A DNA stretch of 64,000 bases from Ramazzottius varieornatus. Its lineage: Eukaryota > Animalia > Tardigrada. This document shows, in pieces, positions 13,151-26,695 of the stretch; within the stretch, counting starts at the first letter, position 1; each line of letters starts with the position of its first letter. A program made the translations under genes and the position numbers. Where the stretch lies: NCBI GenBank assembly GCA_001949185.1, contig BDGG01000008.1, positions 1,776,761 to 1,840,760 on the forward strand, written 5' to 3'. The notes under the pieces are model-generated. The model did not search any database and was not told the DNA's origin. It worked only from the letters and a program-made list of their open reading frames with translations.

Positions 13151-13355
13151 CTGTATTCCCTCGATAGTTCTGCGAATCACGTGACTGTTCCGGTAAATGT
13201 TACCCGGCGGGGATAGAAAATATTCATGCATTCAATCAAAGATTGCTCGCCAATCAAGTAGAGTGACGGGCGTCAATCAAACAAGCAGTGATATCACTGC
13301 GGGTGTAATATACTGGCCTGATGACGTAGTTCGCAGAACTATCGAGGGAATACAG
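13151..13355. mobile_element. MITE, Tc1/mariner-pogo type
   Basis: Perfect 26-bp TIR CTGTATTCCCTCGATAGTTCTGCGAA / TTCGCAGAACTATCGAGGGAATACAG, flanked by TA on both sides. Confidence 0.9.
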
Positions 13356-14059
13356 TAACAATGAGCAATGACGAGCTTTCATGGTCGGAATGTGATAGAG
13401 GCAGCTGAGCGCGCGAGCGCCACGACCTGTTTTGCCAAGATCAATTACGTCGACGTTTGTTGCGAAAGCAATGGAATGTCATTTCAAGTTTGTTTTCCAA
13501 CCGTCTTCGTAGTACTTCCTGGTGGGCATAGTGTTAATGTCTCGCACAATTTATTGTCAACATGTTTTTGTCACTTGTCAGTAGTGTTGTTCTGCGTTTG
13601 GAATGCGACAGGCATTGTGCTCGCATGATTGACCTTCCCAGAAACCAGATTCATACTATTGTAATAGTCACCAGAACGTCAGCGGCGGAAATACGCACGG
13701 AAAACCCCGCGCCCTGAATTAGAACATATTGGCACCTTTATCCGCAATGATGAAACTGGTCTCAACTTATTGCCTGGCTGATAGGTCGATCGTTGATCGA
13801 CGGTACTGGCACTAGATCCTGCGACTTCGGAACAAAGAAGAATGCTGCTCTTTTTACGCTTTTGACCGGTAGGCAAAAACTGGCGCACAGTAATGCTCGA
13901 GCATCCTTCATTTCGTCTTTTTGTGCTACTAGACTTTCAGACTTTGGTAAAGTTGGTCGTGAAGATGGCAACTTTCAACATCGGATAGAATGCACGCCGT
14001 GTTTTGCACTACATTAACAGCTGTTTCAGACATCACTGTTGGGTAATACTATCAACACA

Positions 14060-15561
14060 TTACTGTTGAGTTTGGTCAACCTGGTCTTGTCCAGAGGTGA
14101 CTTCGAGGATACCAGTGTTGGACCCAGCCTGGGCGCTACCAGCAGCGAACGAGCGACCTTGCTGTTGGACACCAGCGGCACCGGTCTGTCCTTGGTTCAA
14201 GTCGACACCCTGGACTTGCTGACCAGCTTGCTGTTGGCTGGCACCCACGGATCCGACGGCTCCTGCGCGGGCACCGATAAAACCGCGGCCTCCTTGCTGT
14301 TGAGTACCTCGGTTAGCCTGGACTCGAACTCCCTGGGTTTGGGTTTGAGTTCGCCCTCCCTGGGTCTGGGTGCGGATACCTTGGGTACCGGCTCGGCCTC
14401 CGGAGACTTGTGTCCGGCCTCCCTGAGCTTGTCCTTGCTGTCCCTGAAACAGCTGGGCTCCCTGGACGTTCAACTGTTCTTGCTGTTGTTGGGCGAGGAG
14501 TTGGCTGGGGGCAACATAATCAGCAGGAGGGGTATCTGTATTACAGCAAGAAGAAGTCAATAAGTGTTTCTGGTTGTCTCAGAAACCAGGCAGACTCACC
14601 GAACAGTTGCTGGTCAGTGTACAGGCGAGAATTGGCGAAGTTGGCGTACTGTTGGCCACTGCAAGCACACAACAATGGGATTGGATTCCCGTCAGTTGTA
14701 TAACCGAGATTTAAATTACGGTGCACGCAGGACGAGAAATTATGGTACAGTAAAAATTATGGTACAGGCGTTATCGCTACGGCGGTACGGAAGCGCGTAC
14801 GTACGCGACCGATTCACAGTAATACACTTTTCGACACTTTGCTACCGTCGAATTTCCGTTTTGCCGTCCTGTCCGCATGTCCCTTAATCTTTATTGTACC
14901 GTAATTTCTCGTATTGCGTGTACTTTATCTGTACACGCACGACGGAAAATTATGGGGCCAGTAAACATTATGGGACGAGGCGGAAAAGACGGCAAAATGG
15001 GAATTCAAACGTAGGAAAACGCTGAAAAGTACATTAGAGGGAATCAGTCTTGTGCGTGCGTGCTTCCGTACCGTCATAGTGAAAAGGCCTGGTCCCATAA
15101 TTTCTCGTCGTGCGTGTACGACTAATCATAAAGGACGACTTACCCCTGGCAATCAACGTTCCAGAAGTAATCGCAGACCAGGGTGATCTGGTTGAAGATG
15201 GTGGTGTTGACGCACAGGTAAGATGTCTGGTTTCCGTTGATGTCGCACCTGGAATGAAAATAAATGGAAATCTCTAGATGGTCCGAAAATGGTGGATAGG
15301 ATGAAGGTCTTACCGATGGAAGACCTGGCATTGGGCGTTGACGTCAGCGTAGAAACCGGGTTGTTGGGGACACTGGAAATTGGTCTGGGGGATCTCGGCG
15401 TAGTTGGGGAAGGACACTCCGGGCTGGGCGTTGATGAGGAGATCGACCACTTGGTCAGAAGTCAGCGAAGGCTTCAATAAGTCCCAGACATACTGACCCC
15501 GTTGTCCACCCTGGGCCGCGACGCAGGCTACCAAAACACCGAACAGGATAAAGGAGCGCAT
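14060..15561 (-). CDS. Secreted chitin-binding protein (single CBM14/ChtBD2 domain) with Gln/Gly-rich tail, paralog 1, 4 exons
   Basis: Signal MRSFILFGVLVACVAA. Domain FPNYAEIPQTNFQCPQQPGFYADVNAQCQVFHRCDINGNQTSYLCVNTTIFNQITLVCDYFWNVDC has the six-Cys CBM14 pattern. Exons approx 15561-15314, 15248-15144, 14668-14600, 14535-14060. Confidence 0.88.
14721..15119. mobile_element. Two copies of a ~190-bp MITE (TIR CACGCACGACGAGAAATTATGG, TA flanks) in inverted orientation inside an intron (14721-14923 and 14931-15119)
   Basis: Each copy has its own TIRs and the internal sequences are reverse-complementary homologues. The same family occurs at 49133-49317 and 62402-62890. Confidence 0.85.
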
Positions 15562-15967
15562 GTTGAGGCGAGGAAGGTTCCCGGAAGAAGGTTTGAACGA
15601 GAAGTAAACTGAAAAAACGTGTTGCTTTCCGTTCCTTCTGTTACGGACTTTTATATCGAAATCGACAAGTGTGGAAAATTTATTTGCTGTTGGAAGTCGG
15701 CGTCCATGCGTCACTCACTTTCAGGTCTAGCTTGCCTAATTAATTTGGTCCGCGTCTTTGTTCCACTGGTTTTACCACTCTCGGTGGCGTGAGCACAATA
15801 GTTTTACCGAATGGAGTTCTTCCGTGATCGGCACTACGGCTTCTGGCCAATTATTCTTAAGTACTTAGATTCTCATTCATCGGACTATGACACGTGTCTG
15901 AGACTGCAGGTGATAGGTCTTGTTACGTAACGACTGTGTGATTCCTTCTTCCACACGAGGTGAACAT

Positions 15968-16301
15968 AGCGGACTTGTCAGTGCAAAATCGCATGGCGAA
16001 ATTGTCAGCTTTTAGGCCGCGCGGGGGCGAAACGTCCTATTGCCTCACCTACCGTGACTGATGAAACGCGACACGCACGCCCCAAGCGGCTCTCCGAAGA
16101 ATTTTCCCACAGGCTTACTAACATTGGAGAAACCTCTCTTCCTCTAAGCCCCGGCAAGAGACTCCTTGTATCATCCTTAGCTTTAAACCAGTACGATTGG
16201 ATTCAGCAAGGTTTTCGCTATGTATGGAACCGACAAGAAGCAAAACGGCTAAGTACTTAGTGAAATCCAACGCCATGCGATTTTACATTGACAAGTCCGC
16301 T
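15968..16301. mobile_element. Non-autonomous TIR element (MITE)
   Basis: About 31-bp imperfect TIR AGCGGACTTGTCAGTGCAAAATCGCATGGCG / CGCCATGCGATTTTACATTGACAAGTCCGCT. No clear TSD. Confidence 0.7.
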
Positions 16302-17750
16302 GATTTCTCCTCGTAGTGCTTTTGCGCTGAGTATCCACATCAAGAAAAAATGCGCCACGCAGAAAAGCTTTTAGCTAAGGAATAACGTTCCTCTGTTGAA
16401 CTTTTCATGTACCTTGGACAATAGCATTTAATTTTTACCGTTTTTGTACTTTCTATATTTTTTTCCACCGGAAAATTTTTGATGATAGATTTGTTTGCTG
16501 ACAGGCTGACACAGCATGCACGGCTGATTATATCAGATGGCAAAATCCCCACCCGCAAAAGACTGATTTATGAATGTTAAAAAAAATGACTGCCGGTACC
16601 GCTCCTATTTTCCTTTCGTGCTAGAATGTTAATTGCCGTGTCATGGCTATTACGTAATCCCTTCGGGGGATCTCATTCTTCCGGACCATTCGAAGAACTG
16701 CTGAGATACCACGTGCAGCACACGTTCGCGGGCCCAGCAGTGTTAAACTAATCTTCAAAGTTTTTCAACGGTATCTGAAATGTGCATACACAGTACCTCA
16801 CAAGCACAAACCGGCTAGAGCTTACTTTTAGCTAGGGATCAATGGCTCCGCAGGGCGATATTGGGCTGATTGGCGATCGGTACCGAGCGACTCAGCACCG
16901 GGATCGACAAAAGATGTTAACAGAACGGACCAGTCTATCTAGAACTGTAACAGATAATATGTCTTCGAGGATCTTTTCTTATTAGAAAATCCGTGTTGCG
17001 ATTTTCCAATTTCTGATTCAAAAAAAGAAAGGAAAAAAGAAGCTGATTTGCACCAATGCATTCTCTCCGGATTAGAATATGTTTCACTGTCTTAGCGATG
17101 GAACACGACCCAAGTATTGAAAAAAGGATATCTTGTTAGTTGTTGCGGCGCGCCACCGTTTCTTTTACTGTCATCGTAAGAAAATTCATGTCCATTGGGA
17201 AGGTCTAAAAAATAGATGTTATTAATTTAGAGAAGGCAAAGTATTTTCTAACATGTCCAGATCACTTGAAACTCATTTCCGTTGAAAGCTGAATACAGGC
17301 ACCACTGCATCTATCATGCAGCTATGCAAATGTGTGGTAACGGTGAACGCATCCTGAAATTTTTTTGCAGACTGTCTTATCATGTTGGAAGTGGGAATCA
17401 TATGACATGATATGGTAAGTCTATTGCACAATTCTTTAAGCTGTCTGCAAAGTACTGTAGTATTGCATAATAGAGATACCTTCGGCGATCGACAAATGAG
17501 ACAGTATGGCAGTGACGTATACTTGACCCACATCGAGTAACAAACAATATTTCTCTTTGTTAGTCGCGACATGAGAAACAAAATGAAGGCAAATTTACCG
17601 CGTATTGATGGTTACACTGGGTGTCGTAAATCAAACACATTGAATCTTAGGATGACATTACTTGAAGCTGTACACAAGTTTCTTATGATGGTAGAGATGG
17701 CAAACCCTTTTGATAACGAACCATACTATCTTAAGTATCGATGTGGTGGA

Positions 17751-18195
17751 CTATGTCAGGGTGGGGTTATAGTGGCCTAAGCTAGGCAAGATAGCGCTAA
17801 CGAGACGCCGGTGAGATGTCAGCATGAGGCGCCACCAGTCTCCAGCTGGGAAGGCACGTAGAATGATTAAAACAGTAGGGAAAGGTAGGCACTTTCGTAC
17901 TTTCCGCTCGTTCTGACAACTTTTTTCGGACGGACCCACGTTGAAGAACTGGAGAATTTTATGCTCGAATTTTTGTGATCAGTCACGCAGGAATCGGGCG
18001 GTTGTGAGATTTTAAAGAAATTTCTGAAAGCGCCTTGCGTGCCTGGATCCATAGCAAAAGTGACGTCAGGGCATCGCGAATCAACTACTCAACAGGTCAT
18101 GTATGCAAGTGTGGTCACGTTCATCTCACCGGAGCCTAGGTAAACTGGCAAAGGCCTGAAGATAGACCACTATAAGCCCACCCTGACTATGTCTA
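17751..18195. mobile_element. Probable non-autonomous TIR element
   Basis: Inverted repeats TCAGGGTGGGGTTATAGTGGCC / GACCACTATAAGCCCACCCTGA. Confidence 0.6.
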
Positions 18196-19073
18196 CGGTA
18201 AGCAAATATACACAGTATTTTCTTTGTCTTCCAGAGGACATATCTATAGACACCACGTACGACTGCAACTTCGTCGAAACTTCGGTCTCATTGTGCTATA
18301 ACGTGGACGAGTTACAAACAAACCTGCTTAAAGCGGCAATAAGATGAGCCGGGTATTCAGATGAAGTTTGACAAGAGCATCTCGAAGAGCAGAAAATATA
18401 CCTTTAGGTCCAATTACAAGTACGTCAGGAAGAGTTTCGTTGCTCTGAAACAAGACAAAGAAGTGGCGTTCTTGTGTCGCCTTTGGTCGAAGAACAGTCT
18501 GGTTATGCTGGAAGCTGGGGAAACCTGCATGAGTCGTACAGTGTACAAACTGCATCCCTACTCATGGTCAGTAAGCCACGGGTTACCGTGGCTTGATACT
18601 TTAAGATCACGTGACCACGAGCAGGGATGGGCGCCACGCCCATATCCTACGCCTGCTTCTCTCTTGGTCGGCACCCTTCTTACTGCTCTCGTATTTTCGA
18701 ACAAGGGATTCACGCCAGTCTGTCCACCCTGATCCTCAAACCAAATCCTTTGTACGCTTTAAGTGCAACAGTGACTATTGAAGCATTTTATGGAAACTAG
18801 GGCATTGTTAGATTCGACTGTCAGAGGTGTTCGTTACAAAAGAGAAGAGTTTTGAAAGGAGGAGTTTCGAAAGGTAGTGAAAGGCGTGGGCGAAGCCGGT
18901 ATAATTTGGGTTTGCAGATGGGTGAAGAGAACATGAGGGGTTAGTGGACCAGTGTTGAAAGTAAAAGCGGCTTAATTGTGGCTCCTCGTGCACGAAACCA
19001 GTGTTTTTAGTAAAGGCTCAGAAATACCCGATAAGCTGTAAATTTACTGCTGATCTTCCTGGTTTTGCGTAGT

Positions 19074-20639
19074 CTATTGTTGGTTGGTGTTGCGGTTGTT
19101 GATGAAGCGACCGCTGGATCCCCCTTGTCGAGAGTTGGAGGACTGGGCACGGCTAGACTGTTGGCTTCCATTGTTGCTTCCCTGTTGGTTTCGACTGTTC
19201 TGGGAGCTGGACAACTGGTTGCGCCGTCCGCTGGACTGCTGGGTCTGGTCACCTTGCTGGCTGATCTGACCACTCAGGCCACCTTGTAGAGTGCTCTGAC
19301 CGCTCTGATTGCTTTGGTCTCCCTGGGTCTGGTCGGAGCCTTGGTCCTGGCTTTGGGTTTGATCTCCTTGGCTCTGGTCCTCACTACCCTGTTGCTGGCC
19401 GTTCTGCTGGCTGAACTGCTGGCTCAAACCTTGTTGCCTTCCCCGCTGCTGTTGCTGTCTGCGTTGCTGTTGACCACTCTGTTCGATTCCGCTCTGCTGG
19501 CTATCGAAACTCTGTTGGCTACCCGAACTTTGCTGGTTGTTTCCCTGGTCCTCCTGGTCACCTTGTTGTTGTTGGGTGTTCAGTTGGCTTTGTCCATCGC
19601 CAAATTGCTCCTGGTTTCCTCCTTGAAGACCAGCGGATCCTTGGGCCTGGTTCTGAGTCGTGCTAGCGCCGAAGCTACCGGCACGAACGGCGAACCCATC
19701 AGTTTGCTGTTGCCGGCCTCGGTTTTGGTTGCGAGATCCTTGAGTCTGACTTCCGGACTGCGCGCGGCTCAGTGTCTGCCTTTGTCCACTCTGGCTTTGG
19801 CTTTGCTGTCCCTGGCTCTGTTGTCCTTGCGATCCTTGGGAAGATCCTTGGGCAGATCCTTGGGCGTTCAGTTGCTCTTGCTGCTGTTGGGCCAGAAGCT
19901 GGCTTGGAGCAACGTAATCAGCGGGAGGAGTATCTATCACAAGTTAATAATTAGCTGGAATTACCGTATTCGGAACCGTTCGAAGGATGTAGAAGACTCA
20001 CCAAACAACGGTTGGTCAGTGTAGAGACGGGAGTTGGCGAAGTCAGCGTATTGTTGAGAGCTAGATGATTGGAAGAGAGGCATGCGTTTTTAGTGAACGT
20101 CACGACTTGATCATGGTATGAGGAGAGCAAAGACAGTAAAAACAAAAGATATGTGGCGAAGAAGTTATGGTATGCTACTGATGCCTACCTTTGACAATCA
20201 ACGTTCCAGAAGTAATCGCAGACCAGGGTGATCTGGTTGAAGATGGTGGTGTTGACGCACAGGTAAGATGTCTGGTTTCCGTTGATGTCGCACCTGGAAT
20301 GAAAATAAAGGGAAATCTTCAGATGGTCCGAAAATGGTGGATAGGATGAAGGTCTTACCGATGGAAGACCTGGCATTGGGCGTTGACGTCAGCGTAGAAA
20401 CCGGGTTGTTGGGGACACTGGAAATTGGTCTGGGGGATCTCGGCGTAGTTGGGGTACGACGCACCAGGCTGGGCGTTCAACAGGAGGTCAACAACTTGAC
20501 CTGCATCCAGCGAAGGCTTCAGAAGATCCCAAACATACCGTCCCTGTGTTCCTGTCTGAGAACCCTGATATCGTCCTCGCTGCTGGGTCTGAGCGCTGCT
20601 AACAGCCACAAGGAATGCGAGAAGCACGAAGAACTTCAT
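19074..20639 (-). CDS. Secreted chitin-binding protein (single CBM14) with a very long Gln/Gly/Ser-rich tail, paralog 2, 4 exons
   Basis: Signal MKFFVLLAFLVAVSSA. CBM14 domain is identical to paralog 1 and the linker DTPPADYVAPSQLLAQQQQEQLN is shared. A Q/G/S-rich last exon of about 285 aa ends at TAG 19074. Confidence 0.88.
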
Positions 20640-23600
20640 GTTGATGAACAACCTAACACGACGGACTGAGAGTTCGGAAGTAAACGGACGCAATCGAAAA
20701 TTCGGAAAGTCCGTCTTTGTCTTTGTTTTATATGAATTAATCAGATTTAAAAACTGTAGTGGGAAAACTCAGAACAATACATCATTTTTATTCGAACTAA
20801 CCTGTCAGTTTAATTATATCGGAAGTGTGTTGTTCTTGCTGCATTTCCGCTGATAAATTAGCGGTAATTGTCGTTACATGCAATCAATCATCGTACGGAA
20901 GACCTTACAGGAATCATTTGAACGTATGTAGGTGTCATTTGTTTGATTCTTATTGACGTGTACTGTACTCTCACGCTTGTACCGTGTGTCGAATGTTACG
21001 TGATAACGAGTGCTTTTGTACACAGGTTGCCGGATGGGATTAACACATTGATAACCGCAAGCGGATAACCGCAAGCAGCTATTACTGGGTTAATTCCATC
21101 CGACAGCCTCTATTCAGAAGCACCCGTCATTACGTAACAATAGCGAAATTCTTGGCTTCTCAGTTTTCATAGTGTCAGATTGAGCAAAGGAGCAAAATAC
21201 CGTTCAATGAACGGGAAAGCAGTGACCAACATGAGCAGTGATAATTCCTTTCGACAGCTTTTCGCACCGTATTATGGCACAAAGAAAGTCATCACACTCG
21301 ACTTGAATATGGTGTTACGTGTGCGGTGTCACTCAAAAGCTCGCACGGAACCGCGTAGTTGGTGCAGTCTAAGCCTCCTTCTCATATTTGCAAACTGTTT
21401 GTCGGTATGTTTGGCATAATGGAGGAGTTGGAGCAAGAGAACGGAAGTCCGAGGACGGACGGACCATTTGTCAGGACTAAGATTAGCGGCAATAAATTTT
21501 GAGACACAATGGTCGAACGAGGTAATTATTTGACCACAATTAATTACACGTTAGATTCATGATTCATGAAGCACTCCGGTAAACTTCACTGTGAACTTTG
21601 ACTACGGTATTCATAATTGACTATTGGACCTACTCAGAACCTACTCAAAGTTTCTTCTGATCATAGTGCCGAACCATTGATATCGCGAAGCCGACATCCC
21701 ACTTTTAGCTTGGCGGTCCATGCGTCCAGCTGACGTGAACACTGAGTGCTGACAACGCCAACTCTTTGTTGCGCTTGTTGGTGCACTGTCGTGGGTCTAC
21801 ACTATGCAGTACTGTACATATGCGATCGGTCAGTGTTACTGTAAGCTCTCAAACTCCCTAGTGCGGACAACTCCAAATCTACTTATTTTCATGAGGATCA
21901 AGTTAATGCGCTAGTTCGAAGTAAATTATATCTGACAGATGGCTGGTAAGGAAGATAATCTAACGTTTTGTGGTGGGTTTCCAATGCCGCACCACAAAAA
22001 CATTGCACTAACCGGTGAAGACTTTGAACTTGGCTGGACGTACAGAGAAAAACCTGTGCCTGTAGTTTCAATTTCTTTTGGTAGCATTATCATCCTCAAT
22101 GTCACTCGACTTCAAGAGGTCAGTAGGCCAGGAGACCGAATGAAGTAATTTGATCCAGTTGTTTGGTCGTTGGGCACGGCCAAAAGTAAAACTATCAGTA
22201 TCGGAGGACCTCTAATAGAGCGATGTCCCGAGACGCCCTTAACAAAGACGAGATACTGGACAGATGCATCCTATTGGTTTCGTGGGCTCCGAATCCGGAT
22301 AAGCCGATACTGTTTCATTCGAGGGTGTGCACCATGGAAGGTCTGAGTGAAGGAAAACCAATGGTTTGTTAACCGTAGATCGCCGATCAGCTGGTAGATG
22401 TGGGTTCGTGAAAGACATACGAAACACCGTTGTTATGTATAGCCGTCTAGTCACAGGTCACGACGAACGTCCGAGAACACACGGAGGACGCAGTAGCCAT
22501 GCGAGATGTTCTCACGGAAAGCGGCTATTTTTCTCTTTTGTGGACACTTGCTGACTGCACTTAGATGAAAGATCAAAATTCGAGTCAAGGTTGTGCGAAT
22601 TTAGTGTGAGCGGGTATCGACATGTGGACTAGCACCTCCGAGTTTCTGGATTGTTCCCTCGTGAAGTTTTTGGTCAAAGCACGCCTGAATTAGTGCTTCT
22701 ACAATCGCTAAAGCTACACCCGCTCCCATAAGTGATCTGGCAACCTGTACCTCATTCGAAAATTCATAAGTTCCTTCGTTGTGGACCGATTGTGGCATTT
22801 TCGGGCTTCTTTGAAATGTCAAAATCGGTACACAATGAAGGAAGTTATGAGTTTCCGAATGGCGGTATAGGGAGGCCAATCACTTATGGGAGCTAGTGTA
22901 TATACGCATAGTGCATATACGCATCACTTGGGAGCCCATGGAGAACCGGACGACCCTAGGATGTGGACTGCATTGTGTTTTAATGTGGGAGGCAGTTCCG
23001 TGTTAGCTCATCCCATACTAGTGGCCATGCTCTTTAGTTTACATCCTAGCTTGACATGACATCCCGTATTTAAATTTCCCATACTTGTCCCGTCCATACT
23101 GTAATAAAGTGTAATCCCATACTGGTTGCGACCCATATTCTAACCATAATGGTCCCACGCTATGGTGCTGCCACATACAGGTGCTACGTCGTGTGGCCCG
23201 TACTGGTTCCGCTTTAAGAAACAAGCTGTACGGTGACGGTCCCACATTAAATCCTCAACAGACCCATACTGCAGTGCTGCCCTCTAATGGTGCGACGTCA
23301 CTAAGTCCCGTGCTGGAACCGGATTAAAGTACATGGTAGTAGCGGTCGCAAAGATCCCGCTCTGTTCCCATTCTATATGATGATGTACTTCCGGAAATAC
23401 GCCAAAACAACCATACTGGACAGCTCGGAAGATGAAGATACAGTGGAAGAACCATCGCTTGAAGTAAAGACGAAAAAAGCTAGGGAGCGTTTGGAAAAGC
23501 TGACTCCAAAGGCAGGAACCAAAGGGCAAATAACTCGAGTAGCGCGAATGCTGGAGTTGGATACTCTGAATATGTTCGTCAGTCCGTCGGCCGGGCAAAA

Positions 23601-24474
23601 GCGTTCGCTGAAAGAAGCCATGGGGGAACTTGGTGGTCGCGGCGGAAGTTCGGGAAGTGGTGGCAGCCAAGAGGACAGAACTGGTGGACCCAAGAACAAG
23701 GTGCAGAAACCATCTTCCAAAAGAATTACGGACATCGAACAGTCGGACGATGAATAGACCGATAGCTCGCGGGAAGAAGTGCCAGAAGCTGAAGCAGATT
23801 AGTACCTGTTTCTTCCTATAATCCTCTCCATTTGTTTTGTTAAACATGCGCAAAGTCTGAGGACTCTTTTCTGGCCAAACTCGAACTCCTTTAATTTTCT
23901 TAACATTTGTTACTTGTTACATAATGTTATCTGTTGGTTTTATGACGGTTCCCGGCATTGTTGGAACTGTTTAGATTAAGCCTTTTGGTGCATTTCACTC
24001 TGGTGATGTCCAGCTGTTCCTGGCTGATGTCTTCCAGATGTTTTTCGTCCGTTTAATCCTCTTTACACCTTTGAATAATATTTTGTTACGGTATCAGTCT
24101 CTTTTCTGGCGATCAACTTCAATGTGGTACCAAACATGTTTTAAATCGAAAAACAGTAAGGCAGCAAAATGCAACGAGGTTGTAACGCAGTATGTTCAAG
24201 TAAATGAAGCTATTGCGGTACCTCTATCACCTCCAACAGGTTACAGTAGCGATACAGAGACTGGTACCAGAATGGCAACACACTTACTGAGTTGAACTGT
24301 AGCATGTCTTTACGCTTCCATCAAGACTGTACTGGGTAAGGTAACAGTATGGCGACGGGGTTGGTTGCAGTCCGGAACAAGCACCTACAATAACACCATG
24401 TTCAGTGCGTTAACAAAACGTCCGCAAGATGGACCAAGCATGGAACCCAGTACGGGATTTTCCCGGCGGGGCAC

Positions 24475-26695
24475 ATTATCCTCTAACTCGAATTTCCCCT
24501 AAACGTTGCTCCGAAGAACCTCGAACTAGAAGAAGTCTTCCCCTAAGGGCTTCGTACTCTAACAGCATCTTCTCCTAAAATATGTCCATATTTTCTAACG
24601 ACTTTGACCCCGAAGAACCACCGGCTCGAAGAGCTTCGGCTTCTAAAAAACCCGCGCCCTGAAAGCTTCGCCTTCAATGAACTATTTCCCCTAAAACCGG
24701 TTTTTGTCGTCTCGTGTCGACACGGCGACTGTCGACGCTTGACATATGCAGACAATTGACAGTACTTATTCAAAAGCCGGAACTTTCCCGTTAATCCATC
24801 GATTGGTCTGCAGTACATGCAGTTCGAAATCGCAGTACGAAGAGTGCAGTTCGAATCAAGCGCCAGGCAAGCGAAGTACCGCCCCTCCTGAACGAAGAGC
24901 CGTTGCATCGGTCGAATCGACGCATGTAGCGCCAAACACACCTGAGGAATCTTTCGAACAGCTTTCCGTTTGTTTGTCTGATTGAATTCTGTTTCTCTTC
25001 AGAACATTGCAGAACGTGTCTAGCGTTTTCTTTGCAACTTTTGGGATTTTTTTCAGTCTAGAATCGGCTTACTACGGAAGTGACGATCCCTACTATGGCA
25101 AACGAAAGCATCCACGATATCATGGTGGCACTGGATGAGACTGGCTTTGTTTCTCTAGCAAGTAACAGTCCTACCGTGGTGACATTTATCAAGTCATCCA
25201 GAGGAGGGAATATTGCCATGTATAGAAGTCACACCTACACCAAGAACAGGAACTTGCCGCGCGAGCGGTCTTATTGGAACTGTAGAAAGAAGGACAGTTA
25301 TGACTGCAAGAAAACTGATTATACTGGATTCTTCTAATAATGTACTCTCAAGCGCTGAGCTCAACCACGTAGCCAACGTGAACGAAACCAGGGCGGAAGA
25401 AGTCAAAGCAAACTTACGTGAACGGGCAAGAAAAAGCTTGACGAAACCTCGGCGACTGCTCAGCGATCTTGTTCAGAATATCCCGATCGAAGTAGCTAGC
25501 CGTCTCCCTTCGCCCATAACTTGACAAGAATGGCGCGTCGGCAGCGACAGGTTCAGATGCTAGCTCCCGAGAAGCCGGAAGATATCGATCTCAACACCTA
25601 CCTGGAGAAGAGTGAGCTCGGATAGGATAGCGTGTTGTTTGACAGCGGGAGGGCTGATCCGCAACGCATCATCATTTTGAAGGGAGAGGACTTCCCGTAC
25701 CTGCGCTTGGCTAAGACTTGGATCATGGACGGTACTTTCCAGATTGTTCCCAAGTTGTTTTATCAGCTCTGCACGATTCACGTTGATCATTTCGGCGGAG
25801 TATTTTCAGTGCTGTTTGCCTTGCTTCGCAACAAGAGCAGCGTCACCTATGGAAGACTGTTTCGTGCAATTCGCGACGAACTGAAGGCCATGCCGTTCCG
25901 ACTCGACTTGGACGAAGGACCAAAACGCAAGAGCATCGTTATCGACTACGAACAGGCGGTTATCAATACGGTAGGCAAGATTTTTCCGCACGCCCGTGTT
26001 CAAGGTAGAACTGCGCGCTCCTTAATTTTAGGATTAAAATTTTTATAATAATCGTATTTCGCTTCTCTATATGGGCGGTTTACAGGTTGCCACTTTCACT
26101 TTTCGCAAGCAGTCTGACGATAAGTTCAAGAGAACGGGCTCGTTGTTCAGTACCCGTAATGACGATGAATTCAGTCGCTCGATTCGCATGGTTCTCGCTT
26201 TGGCTTTCGTTCCAAGAGAAAGCATTAAGGATGCCTGGCAGACGCTGCTGCATTTGGAAAGCTTCAATGCTGCTCGAGATTAGAACGGCGGCAAAGAAAC
26301 GCAAAGCTGACACCGATGAGTAATTTTGAATTACACTAAGACCTGACTTTGCTGTAATGAGTTTTTTCGTCTATTGTCTGTTGCCTTTGTTTTCAGGAAA
26401 ACATTAGTTTTGGGTCCAGTAAATTTCCGAGATGTCTCACTAGTGGTGTCTCGCAAAAGCATTTGTAGTGGAAAGAGTTCTTCGGGGAACGAGGTCTTTG
26501 GGTCTGAGGCTGTTCGGGTCCGAAGTTGTTCGGGTTTGAAGTTGTTCGAGGCCGTGGCTCTTAGAGGAAAGTGTTCTTCGGAGCAGTCGCCAGTTTTTAG
26601 GGGAAAGATTTCTTCGCATTAGAGGCTGTTAGGTTCGCGAGTTAGTTAGGGAAAACGGGGAAGAAGTATGTTAGGGGAAAACGTTATTAGAGTCC
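24475..26695 (+). mobile_element. Degenerate Mutator-like (MULE) DNA transposon with FLYWCH + MULE transposase pseudogene (about 25095-26280)
   Basis: FLYWCH-like IKSSRGGNIAMYRSHTYTKNR...YWNCRKK..DCK. MULE DDE motifs TWIMDGTFQIVPKLFYQLCTIH, VLFALLRNKS, IVIDYEQAVIN, then (G)CHFHFSQAV after an intron. Frameshifts and in-frame stops are present. Subterminal arrays of TCCCCTAA/CCGAAGAAC motifs lie in inverted orientation at the two ends. Confidence 0.88.

Noticed and set aside
16750-18740. Short ORFs between the two chitin-binding paralogs
   Set aside because: No recognisable domain or consistent splice structure. Probably decayed TE sequence.
19314-20024. 236-aa Leu-rich ORF (and similar ORFs at 14039-14563 and 19065-19289) resembling a membrane protein
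   Set aside because: Antisense shadow of CAG/CAA Gln codons in the chitin-binding genes.
23377-23757. 126-aa charged ORF in a region with CCCATAC/CAGTACG-type repeats
   Set aside because: Possibly a transposon accessory exon, but I could not identify a domain or matching termini.
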